From Chiloscyllium plagiosum (lineage: Eukaryota), in NCBI RefSeq assembly GCF_004010195.1, contig NC_057750.1, positions 16,074,550 through 16,138,549 on the forward strand: DNA of 64,000 nucleotides. Reading direction: 5' to 3'. Of this stretch, positions 52,665 through 64,000 are shown piece by piece. Position 1 is the first letter of the stretch, and each line of letters opens with the position of its first letter. The notes under the pieces were generated by a model. That model saw nothing but the letters and a program-made list of their open reading frames with translations. It was not told where the DNA came from and did not search any database. Position numbers and translations under genes: made by a program.

Positions 52665-53269
52665 GTATGGTTATTCCCATTTGCAGTCCTGTGCTTTATG
52701 CATTTCTGAATGGTATGAAAATAACATGCCAAATATATATTGCAAAATATATATAAAATACATATTGCAATATGTATTGTTGACAACAAGATTATATATA
52801 TCTGGAAACATGTGATTGCAGCTTTGTAATCAAACTATTGTTGTCATTCCAGGCTGTAGCACCGTATAAGATAACATTTGCTGCAGATTTCAAATCTGCG
52901 AATGAATTTTCCCTTATGACCACAGCTCTTCCCTGCATTATGATCCATCTGCCATCTTGTTGCCAGCTCACTTAATGTCTCTTTGCAGGCTGTTTCTGTC
53001 CTCGCTGTTTGTTTAACATCTAGCTTTGTACATGGATACATTCCTCTCTGCCTCTTTATTTAAGGGGCAGTTGAGTGTAAATAAGCAAAGCCCCAGCGTA
53101 GATTCTTGTGGAACCCCACTAATGAGAGCCAACTTAAAAATGTCCCGTTTATCTCAATTGCTTAATCTACCTTGTTATACCCTTAAAAATGCTGCAAATT
53201 CCTTCCAAATGTATGTTGGTAGAGAGTGACAACCTTGGGAGTCTGAATGAATTTAGCAACATTTTTTCT

Positions 53270-53610
53270 GAAGCCTATTCAGCCTCTTCTTATAATGCTA
53301 ACCCTCCAATCCCAGCAATATCCTGGTAAATCTTTTCTGAACCCTCTCCAATTTAACCATATCCTTCCTATAGCAGAGAGACCAGAACTATACACAGTAC
53401 TCAAAGTAGCCTCACCAATGTCCTGTACAACTTCAATATGATATCCCAACTCCTGTACTCAATGGTCTGAGCAAAGAAGGCAGCCCATTTTAAACGCCTT
53501 CCTAACCACCCTGTCTACATGTGGTACAAATTTCAAAGAACTATGTACCTGAACCCCTAGGTCTTTCTGTTCAACAACGCTACTCTGGGCCCCTCATTAA
53601 CTGTATAACT
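53270..53610 (-). mobile_element. CR1-clade LINE internal fragment
   Basis: AATATCCTGGTAAATCTTTTCTGAACCCTCTCC (inverted LERVQKRFTRIL) and CCAGAACTATACACAGTACTC. Confidence 0.75.
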
Positions 53611-54195
53611 TTGTTCACCACAGAAATGATCTGCACCCCGGGCACAGTCTTATTTTCTAGTGAGATTGATGGGTACTATTTACCAGTTGAGTAGAGTGGC
53701 CCAACCGGTGGATAATATGGATGTTACTGAGTTCGGTTGGCCATGCTTTAGCTTAACTTGTGTTTGTAATGGAATTTTATACCAAGGAAGAGAAAAGTCA
53801 TGTTACTGCTGTGGAAATCATCCACTTGAAACCATTTGAATAATTCCATAGTCAAAAGAACTTTGTGTGTCGTATTTGGAGATATGCCGTATTTGATTTA
53901 ACAGCAAATGCAAAATACATATCATTTTTGTAGCTGAGCTTTATTAACATATATCAACATTGTAGTGTGTGGCTTGGGATTCTGGAGAATTTAGAGATCA
54001 CTTGAACTTGCATTTTCCAGGTTGTTCACATGTGAAGAAGCCCCATGTATTCACAAGCATATTCACATGCCAATTCCTGTTTGGTATCACATTAAAGCAG
54101 TTGCTGATAGATCTTAAAAAAAATTGCTTTCACGTTCCATATTTCTAACTAGTAAAACTTGGAATTGTTAGTTGATTTATCTTTCCTTTTTCCAG

Positions 54196-54264
54196 ATCGG
54201 TGAAGAACGAGCAACAGCTATTTCACTGATGAGGAAATTTGTCGCTTATCAGTTTACAGATTCA
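54196..54264 (+). CDS. SUPT5H: SUPT5H coding exon 9 ([23 protein letters not shown])
   Basis: 69 nt, tccAG / GTaggt, phase 0 to 0. Confidence 0.96.
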
Positions 54265-54690
54265 GTAGGTATCCTTATGGTTCTTAAACAGCAGCTTTAG
54301 ATCTCTTTATTGGTGGAGCTAGCCAACAGGCACATGCAAGCATCCAATGGCGTGTTTTCCAGTACTGCAGTTGAGGATTTGACTGTTTCATGCTTTTCTT
54401 GCGTTTCTCTAAGATACATAGTGACTTATAATATGGCATTATCTCAGAGAATGATGAATTGTTGTGTTCCCAAGAATTGTAATTGTTGTGCTATTCTCAT
54501 TCCTTGTACAAGTCATTTCAAAGAAGATGAGTAGTTTGTGCCATCCCTCTCTGAAAAACACCCTGAAGTCAACAGCTGAAGAAACTGGATGCTCCTAAAG
54601 CCATGACACCATCCAGTATTGGAATAAAAACTGACTAACTACAGCTCTGGGCAATCTGTTTCCACATTGTGGAAAATTGCGCAAGTATGT

Positions 54691-55024
54691 GGGCGGCACG
54701 GTGGCACAGTGGTTAGCACTGCTGCCTCACAGCGCCAGAGACCCGGGTTCAGTTCCCGCCTCAGGCGACTGACTGTGTGGAGTTTGCACATTCTCCCCGT
54801 GTCTGCGTGGGTTTCCTCCGGGTGCTCCGGTTTCCTCCCACAGTTCCAAAGATGTGCAGGTCAGGTGAATTGGCCATGCTAAATTGTCCGTAGTGTTAGG
54901 TAAGGGGTAAATGTAGGGGTATGGGTGGTTTGCGCTTCGGCGGGTCGGTGTGGACTTGTTGGGCCGAAGGGCCTGTTTCCACACTGTAAAGTAATCTAAT
55001 CTAATCTAAAAAAAAATCTAATCT
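54691..55024 (+). mobile_element. HE1-type V-SINE, young and full length
   Basis: A-box-like TGGCACAGTGG, B-box-like GGTTCAGTTCC, CpGs intact, (TAATC)n tail, short TATGT duplication at the flanks. Confidence 0.92.
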
Positions 55025-55961
55025 ATGTCCTGTCCACCAAAAGCAGGACCAATCCAAACTGGTCACTTATTACCTGACTGATCTAGTCTCGATCATCAGC
55101 CAAGTGATGGCACAGGTAATCAACAGTGATATCAAGCAGTGCTTAAAGGCAATATCTTGCTCCCCAGTATTCATTTTGGGTTCCACTTGGCTTCTGACTT
55201 CATTACAGCTGAACTCAGCGAAGTGAGATTGACTGCCTTTGATATCAAGATATGTGACTGAGTGTGGCATCAAGAGAGTCTTTGCAAAACTGAAGATAGT
55301 GGGAACCCAGGAAAACCCTCTACAGTGATTTGTTGGGAGCCCAATCACCTTTGTCCTGGAACATTACAGCAAACATTCCTCAGGATATTTATTGATGACT
55401 GCACAATTTGCAAGTCCTCAGATACTGAAGCAATCCATATTTGTAATCAGAAAAACTTGGACAACATTCAGGCTTGGGCTAATAAGTGCAAAGCTGCATT
55501 TTTGTCATACAAATGCTTGGGAGTGACTTCTCAAATGAGAGAGAATCTAACCATGTCCCCATGACATCCCATCGTATTAAGATTGCTAAATTCCCCGATA
55601 TCAGTGTCCCAAGTGTTACCATCGACTTGAAGCTGAATTAGACCAGTCATATTAATACTATGGCTACAACAGCAGGACGACAAACTGAGAATTCTATAGT
55701 GAGTAAGTCACCAACTGTCTCCCCAAAGTCTGTCCACCACTTACGAGTCAAAAGTCAGGAGCATGATAGAATACTCTCCAATTATCTGGAAGAGTGCAGC
55801 TTCAACGGCACCTGAGAAGCTCAACGTTATCTAGGGCAAAGCTTGATTGGCACCCCATCCATCATCATCAACACATTAGTGGAGAAGTAATGATGCATAG
55901 TGGCAGCAGTGTGCATTATCTACAAGATGCACTGCTACAACTCACCTTGAACAGTACCCTC

Positions 55962-56280
55962 ACGGCACGGTGGCACAGTGGTTAGCACTGCTGCCTCGCA
56001 GCGCCAGAGATCCGGGTTCAATTCCCGCCTCAGGCGACTGACTGTGTGGAGTTTGCACGTTCTCCCCGTGTCTGCGTGGGTTTCCTCCGGGTGCTCCGGT
56101 TTCCTCCCACAGTCCAAAGATGTGCAGGTCAGGTGAATTGGCCATGCTAAATTGCCCGTAGTGTTGGGTAAGGGGTAAATGTAGGGGTATGGGTGGGTTA
56201 CGCTTCGGCGGGTCGGTGTGGACTTGTTGGGCCGAAGGGCCTGTTTCCACACTGTAAAGTAATCTAATCTAATCTAAATC
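55962..56280 (+). mobile_element. HE1-type V-SINE, young and full length
   Basis: Near-identical to 54691-55024. Confidence 0.92.
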
Positions 56281-56382
56281 TGCAACCTTCTCCAACTAGC
56301 AGAGCAAGGGCAACAGATGTCTTGGAACATCACCACCTGCATGTTCCCATGCAAACCTGGTGCTGTGAGGCAGCAGTGCTAA

Positions 56383-56628
<246 letters not shown>

Positions 56629-57000
56629 TGACATCTGAATGCACGTGACAATAAAGGATATTCTAATTCTTTGTTAGCATTATACAAGCCATACAATTTA
56701 AGAAATCAGAAGTTTGATTTCTTGATTTTTTTTTTCTTTCTAAAGATGCCTGAGAAATGTATATTGCAGGAGTGGAAGACCATGTTCAGTCATTAACTTA
56801 TTATTTGTCAGCACTGGAGTTTACACATTTTGTTGTCTTCAATGACGATTGCTTAAATCTTGTAGTAGTGAATAACTTGCAGTTTGGTGTTAGCATGCTG
56901 TTGATTTTGTGATGAATTTAGTATTCAGACTAAGTTTTTGTTTTGAATAAAGTGCACACATTTTTCATTCTTTTTTTCTGTCATTTCTTTTTGCCTGTAG

Positions 57001-57285
<285 letters not shown>

Positions 57286-57754
57286 TAACAGACAGACAGT
57301 CTAATATGGATAGTGTCCCAATGCCAGTACCCTATTGACCAGGGGTTGTCCTAGATTTCAGACTTTGCTGGATTGTGGATTACCTGTTACCTGGTGCTGG
57401 TCTGTGTTTAAGTTGTACATTTCTAATGTAAGATCCAATTCCCCACTCCATGAGCGAGGTGGCTGATGAAACGCACAGTCTAGGGCAGTTGCTGAATTCA
57501 AACAATGGACAAAGTAAATTATGTAAATGTTGAGCTGTGTACAGAGCGAAAACATATGGCTTTTTTTTTTGACAATTTCTGTTTCCAGGTAGCTGCATTT
57601 GTGGTCTTGTATGTATTACACCATTTTATGTTAGCATCACAAACATTATATCATGCTGTAAAAATGGAAGAGCTTAGTCTGAAGCCATTATGTTCCCTTT
57701 CGGCTGTGAGAATAAATATTAGTACTTGCTATGGAGCCCTGTCTCACCTATTGA

Positions 57755-57919
<165 letters not shown>

Positions 57920-58430
57920 TGAACTGAGGCTGTATTTAATTGTGTTGATGATGGTGTCATTCTACCTCTTCATCTTCATCTTTGTGTGTTCTCTGCTGGA
58001 AGCAGGTCCAACACACTGTGCTGCAGCCTCCACTGGGGTAGGGTAAAGTGGCAGGTCTCAAATCTACCAATTTGGAACAAGATCAAACCCTTTGCTGTTT
58101 ACGTGACTCTGATCCACATAACAGTCCATCAATAGGTCCCCCAAAGGAAGCTAGGTTCCTTTGGCAACATAAGCCTTTACATGTATGTTGTAACCTGGAG
58201 CTATGGATAATAATGGTATAAGCTCCAGTTGCTTTCTTTTTTGTGTCATTAGTATTATAAAAGAAATATCCTGTCTTGCATTTTATAAACAATATAATTG
58301 CTAGGTAGGGAGAAGGTGTTGAACAAAGATTTTCTTCTTGCCTTGAACTAACTTAATCTTATTTGAACACTTAGCCCTGAAGAATTGTTGCTTACTGCTC
58401 TTGATTTCTCATTTTAATTTAGTGCAATGA

Positions 58431-58538
<108 letters not shown>

Positions 58539-60763
58539 TGATATGATGCTCTTTTAGCACGGTTATGTTGTCCCTTTTTTTTCCCCAGAGAGGTCATAAA
58601 AGCAGATACTTTGAAAAATCTAAGTAGAATCCTTTAGGGTGTAGAATCCTTTAGGGATTCTGTGGTTTTAGGACCAGTTTGATTAAAGATAACAGATACT
58701 GCCTCAGGCAGAAGGCCTTCAATTTTTACAAATAGAACACTTGCACAATGAAAGGGGAGTGGCTCAGCTCAGCTCGTCTCTGGTGTGATTTGGTTTTGGC
58801 AATCAGTCAGGGTTGTGAAGTGCTGGACCCAAGGGGAGAAGGTCCATGCTGACCCTCTCTCTGTGACTTGTCTCCTCTTTGTTTGATTTTACCTTTTGTG
58901 CCAGGGGGTGTTCAAAGGGATTATTGCAAATATTAGGGAACAGCATCTTTAAATTGGTATAATCTGTTGGGTTTTCGGGTAGGTTATTCTATATCCTGTT
59001 TTCTGTTGTTTGTGTTTCATTCGGTAATCTTATAAATAAATTCTGGTTTGTTTAAAACGAAGTGCTTTGACCAGCTGTATCTCTTCTGAAATATCCATGT
59101 TACACCTGTTTAAAGCAACTAGCAAAGTTAGGGTCGGGACTGCTTTATTGAAATGATTTGAAGGGGCCTGGCCTGGTCGAACACATTGATAGAGTATGTT
59201 GTCGATATTCTCTAATCAATGTGTTCAGAGATATTGTTACACACTTCTGGAGCAGGTAAGACTTGAAACCAGGTCTTCTGGCTCAGAGATAGGGATACTA
59301 CCTGCCCAAGGGGAGAGGCATTATCAAAGAACTGGAATCAAGCCTTTTTCAGAACTAAAGTTTGGAATCTCAACTTTCAAGTGGTAAAGTTTTGTCAGTC
59401 CCTTCTGCAAATAGGAATTAACACTAGATCCGTTAATTTCAAATCTGAGATAGATTGGTTGTTAGATGAAGAAATGGTATAGAGCAAAGTCACCTGTGTG
59501 AAGATAGGTTACAGATCAGCCACAATCTAATTGAATGCCAGGCCCATCTGAAGGGGCTAACTGACATTGACCCACACTGTTTTCCTGCTGGCATATGGTA
59601 CTAGTTCCTTCACATTACAATATCATAATAATTATTCTGTGATTCCCATGTCTTTAGATAGCTGTAAATCCTAGCTCCAAAATGGATACCGTGAGAATTG
59701 GGGAATTGTAAACTTTATCAGACCAATCTTTGAGTTTTTTTGTTTTAAATTTCTTTCATAGGATGTGGGTGTGGGTGGTTAGGCCAGTGCTTATTGCTCT
59801 TGAGTATGTTGTGAGCTGCATCCTTAAACTGCTGCAGTATTTTAGGTACATCCATAGTGCTGTTAGGGAGGTAGTGCTAGGGTTTTGATCGAGCAACACT
59901 AAAGGAATGATTGTATTGTTCTAAGTTAGGATGGTTGCTGTTTAAAAGCGAGCATGCAGGTTGTGGTGTTCCCAGGCATCTATTGCCTGTGTCTTTTGAA
60001 GTGGTAGAGCTCATGGGTTTGGAAGGTATGTTGAATGAGCCTGGGTGAGTTGCTGCAGTGCATCACGTAGTTGGTCCACATTGCTGTCATAGTGGTTGTA
60101 GATGGAGTGAATATTGAAGATGGTGGGATGCCAGTAAAGTGTGCTGCTTTGTGGATGATGTCAAGCTTCATGAGTATTGTTGGAGCTGAATTCTTCCAAG
60201 CAGGTGGGGAGTATTTTCATCACCGCTGACTTGATCCTTGAGATGGTGGGTAGACTTTAGTGTGGCAGGTGTGGAATTACTAGCAACAGAATTCCTAACT
60301 TTTGACCTTTTTTTGTAACCACAGTATATATATTGCTAGTCCAATTCAATTGCTGGTGTTCTATATGAGAGAGCGAGAAATGAACTGCTTCAATGAACTA
60401 ACTAACTTCTGACCTTTATGATGGAGAGGAAGTCATTGGTGAAGCTAATGAAGACGATTGGGCTTGGGATGCTACCCTGTGGAACTGCAGTAAGGTCATG
60501 GGATTGAGATGACTGGTCTCCTGAAACCACAGCCATTTTCCTTTGTGCTAAGTTTGATTCTAAACAGTGGAGAATTTTCCCCTAATCCCCATTGATAGTT
60601 TTGGTTCATCTCCTTGAGACCATACTCAATCAAGTGTTAGCTCAATGTCAAGGATAGTTACTGTTCACTCACCTCCAGAATTCAACTCTTGTTGTACCAA
60701 AGATGTAATAGAGTCAGGAGCGGAATGAGTATGGTGGAATTCAAACTGAACATCAGTGATCAG

Positions 60764-60897
60764 ATTCTGAAGAAGTGTCACTGGACCTGAAATATGAACT
60801 CTGCTTTCTCTCCACAGATGTAACTAGACCTGCCGAGTTTCTTGAGCAATTTCTGTTTTTGTTTCAGATTTCCGGCATCTGCAGTTCTTTATTTTAT
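60764..60897 (+). mobile_element. Short Penelope-end insertion with a 12-bp TSD, inside an older LINE
   Basis: Begins attCTGAAGAAGTGTCACTGGACCTGAAA; ATCAGTGATCAG at 60752-60763 and 60898-60909. Confidence 0.78.
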
Positions 60898-61603
60898 ATC
60901 AGTGATCAGGTTGTTGCTATTTAAGTGCTACTTGAAACCACTGTTGATGACCCCTTCTAATACTTCAGTAATCAAAAAGTAGACAGGGATCAATTTGGAT
61001 TTGTCCTGTTTCTTTTCAGTGCAACCTACCTTGGCATTTTTCCAAGTTGTCAGGTAGATGTCCATGTTATGGTTGTACTGGAGTAGCTTGGCTGGGGGCA
61101 CAAGTAGTTTTGAAACATGCACCTTCAGTGCAGTCGCTGAATGTTGTCGAGGCCCATTGCCTTTGTCGTGTCCAATGTCTTTAGCCATTTTTTGTTATCA
61201 ACCTGAATAAATAAAATTAGCTGGTGTCTGTGATACTGGAACCTCAGGAGGATACTGAGATAGATCACTAACTCAGCACTTGTGGCTGCAGATCAATTCT
61301 CAAGTTTCACCCTTTTCTTTTGCATTGTCATTTAGTGATGGGTCTTTATTTGCATTCTTAGTTATTTGTTTAAAATGCCTATTATCATATCTGATAAAAT
61401 GTAGTTATAGAGTCGTAGATGTACAGCACACAACTCATCCATATCGCTCGATAGCCTAGATAAATCTAGTCCCATTTGCCAGCTTTTGTTAATCTTAAGA
61501 TCATAAAGAGCCTGAACACTATTTAGATTTCGCTGTCTTGCCAACTTTATTGTATATTTGATGTCAAACTGATTTGTTTGAATTGAAATTGTACATTTCG
61601 TAG

Positions 61604-61709
61604 ATCACTGGGTGGAGACGTTACCACAGATGGAGACTTTCTTATATTTGAGGGCAATCGCTACAGCAGGAAAGGATTCTTGTTCAAAAGTTTTGCAATG
61701 TCTGCAGTG
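61604..61709 (+). CDS. SUPT5H: SUPT5H coding exon 13 ([35 protein letters not shown])
   Basis: 106 nt, cgtAG / GTaagt, phase 2 to 0. Confidence 0.96.
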
Positions 61710-62738
61710 GTAAGTAATGCATCCATTAGAATCTTTTGTAGCAGAGTGGTTTCGAGTTATGTTTTTGAAGTGCTCATTCTAAAGTTTTCCAAGCCTCTTG
61801 ATGACTACTTGCTTTGCACATGTCGGGTGGGTGATTAATTGAGGTTACAACTTGACTGTTTCTGCGTTGATGCATGATTAGCATCGTGTAATTGAAAAAG
61901 TGCATAAAATTATCGTGTCTAAAACAAAAGCCACCTGGCACGAAGCAAGCTATTTTCCCAGTCTTTGATGGATGTTGCCACAGGAATGTCCTGTAAATAT
62001 CATTGTCCCTGCTGCATGCTATTGCAACATTTTTTTTTGCCACATTTTTTACATATCTTCTGACGGACCACGAGCAACATGAGAGCTCTGTTAGTCTCTA
62101 CAAAGTATTTAACAGTGATGTGATAGATAATATCCATCTCTCCCTCTACTTCCCTAACTCATTGACCCACCAGATCTCTCATCTCCAGTTTGTGTACTCA
62201 AAGGTAAGTCTCATATACCTGGTACATTTGGAGACTTGGGTGTATGTGGCCTGCATTTCTTTACCTTCATTCCACCTATCAGGAAAGGTTAGTTTTTAAA
62301 ATCAGGTAGAGTATGGAATTTAAACTGTCACTAGATAATAAAATGCTTAGTCTCTGATGAAATTGATTGCATTCATTCTTGCAATATTACATATTAGGTA
62401 AAATTCTGTGGTCTTAATGAAGTTTGTTCAAAATTCAGTCATGGCATATTTGCTTTTTTAAAATTTAACCAGGGCGTTAGTTGGGTATGCTCCATCACTT
62501 TGACCAATTCCTGTTTAATTTAGCTGCTAGGATATATGTGGGATGAATGTCTTTACCTTTGGATACTTAGAGTCTGATAAGACCTTTTGCTTTGCTGTGG
62601 CATTCTGGTTCAGATTTGAACCCAGAGTGTGGCCACTCCATGTGCGATCATGCACAAAGGCACCTTGAGCCTTCAGTCATGTTTCTCCAATGGTTCATAT
62701 TTCTTGGAATAACTGGAGTGACTCTTTGCATATTACAG

Positions 62739-62832
62739 ATTACTGAAGGAGTTAAGCCCACACTTTCTGAGCTTGAAAAATTTGAGGATCAACCAGAAGG
62801 CATTGACCTGGAGGTTGTGACCGAATCAACAG
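62739..62832 (+). CDS. SUPT5H: SUPT5H coding exon 14 ([32 protein letters not shown])
   Basis: 94 nt, tacAG / GTattt, phase 0 to 1. Confidence 0.96.
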
Positions 62833-63755
62833 GTATTTGTTTTGTACATGAGAGAGAAATCAATGCTGTTCTGTTCAGAGCTTTATGCTGACGTGTTTGG
62901 ATTTCATTGCCTCAAAGTGATTTCTGATTTGGCTTCCCCAGTGCTTATGTTCGTATATGTAGCACTTAGTTTAATAACATACTTTTGGTTCACTGTTCTA
63001 GTTGAATCAGTAAAATTATTAGCCTTAGTGCACTAGGGTTATGGAGAATAAAAACTAAATGCAGTTACCTCTCCTGTTCTCAGAACTGCCTGACCCATGC
63101 TAGTGAGTGCGGAGGCAAACTGGTCTCAGCAGCGTAGCAATGTGGCTCGCAGTCAAACAGAGAACATTCGTCAATATGTATGGAGAATGCCCAGATCATA
63201 AAGGGTCTTGAGGGCATTTAGTTCCAATGGAAATGTACTATCCCAACTTGATAGTTGAAGAAGATGGGAAGGAATTCATAGGATGGGGAGAATCCAACTA
63301 CAATCTCCATTTTAAAAAAACTCATTTTTATAAGTGCTTTAAAAGGTATATTGGTGCCCATATTTATTGCCCAGGAGATTAAAGAAAATTTTTTAAACTG
63401 CCTTTGGAAGTTGTGTTATGTTGTGTTATTATGTGACCTTGTGATACTCCGTGTAATCGATAACCTTGACATTCCTTTCAGGCAGTGCCTGGAGGCTGAG
63501 TATGTAGTACCAATGGGAATAATGCCATTTGTTCTTATTTAATGTGGTTTTAATAATGTAAAGCTAGCATGTTACAGGAATATAAAAGTTTAAATTAGTG
63601 AAAAGTCAAGTGGAATTTGATACTAGAAATATTTGGCATTATCAACCAAATTGAGGGTGACATTTGGATGTTAAAAATGGGGTTGTGTGCTGTAATTGAA
63701 AAATTGGGGCATCACAAATAATGCATTCTGGCAATTTGACTTCTTGTGCTCTTGA

Positions 63756-63992
<237 letters not shown>

Positions 63993-64000
63993 TGATTTTG

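Noticed and set aside
52757..52778. Perfect 22-bp palindrome AATACATATTGCAATATGTATT
   Set aside because: Lies in an AT-rich low-complexity tract, where such symmetry arises easily; no other support.
54691..54770. tRNA-like sequence with A/B boxes (also at 32431 and 55962)
   Set aside because: These are SINE heads followed by SINE body and tail, not tRNA genes.
58636..59185. Possible solo LTR (also ~4212-4472)
   Set aside because: No TSD, PBS/PPT or second copy visible in the window; a library search would be needed.

Overview
Eukaryotic, AT-rich, repeat-dense vertebrate DNA. The repeat content (HE1-type V-SINEs with a CR1/HER1-like tail, many CR1 and Penelope fragments) points to a cartilaginous fish (inference). 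The main gene is SUPT5H (SPT5/DSIF large subunit) on the + strand. It has a CpG-rich probable 5'UTR exon ending at 21963, then 15 coding exons (ATG at 34933, last visible exon ends at 63932). These splice in frame at GT-AG boundaries into 472 codons covering the acidic N-terminus, NGN, KOW1 and the start of KOW2; the gene continues beyond the window. Points of interest: (i) a ~2.3-kb GC-rich 46/47-bp minisatellite, packed with TF-like motifs, abuts the SUPT5H 5' end; (ii) many short Penelope-end insertions carry minimal hammerhead-ribozyme-like cores, several have clear 12-14 bp target-site duplications, and two sit at the same homologous site of neighbouring SINE copies; (iii) a ~970-bp near-perfect Penelope GIY-YIG palindrome lies in an intron; (iv) a 12-nt microexon; (v) a recent 91-bp copy of part of a SUPT5H exon is fused to a SINE head. 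There is one 500-N assembly gap. No prokaryote-type system (CRISPR, operon) is supported. Repeat boundaries were read by eye and are approximate.
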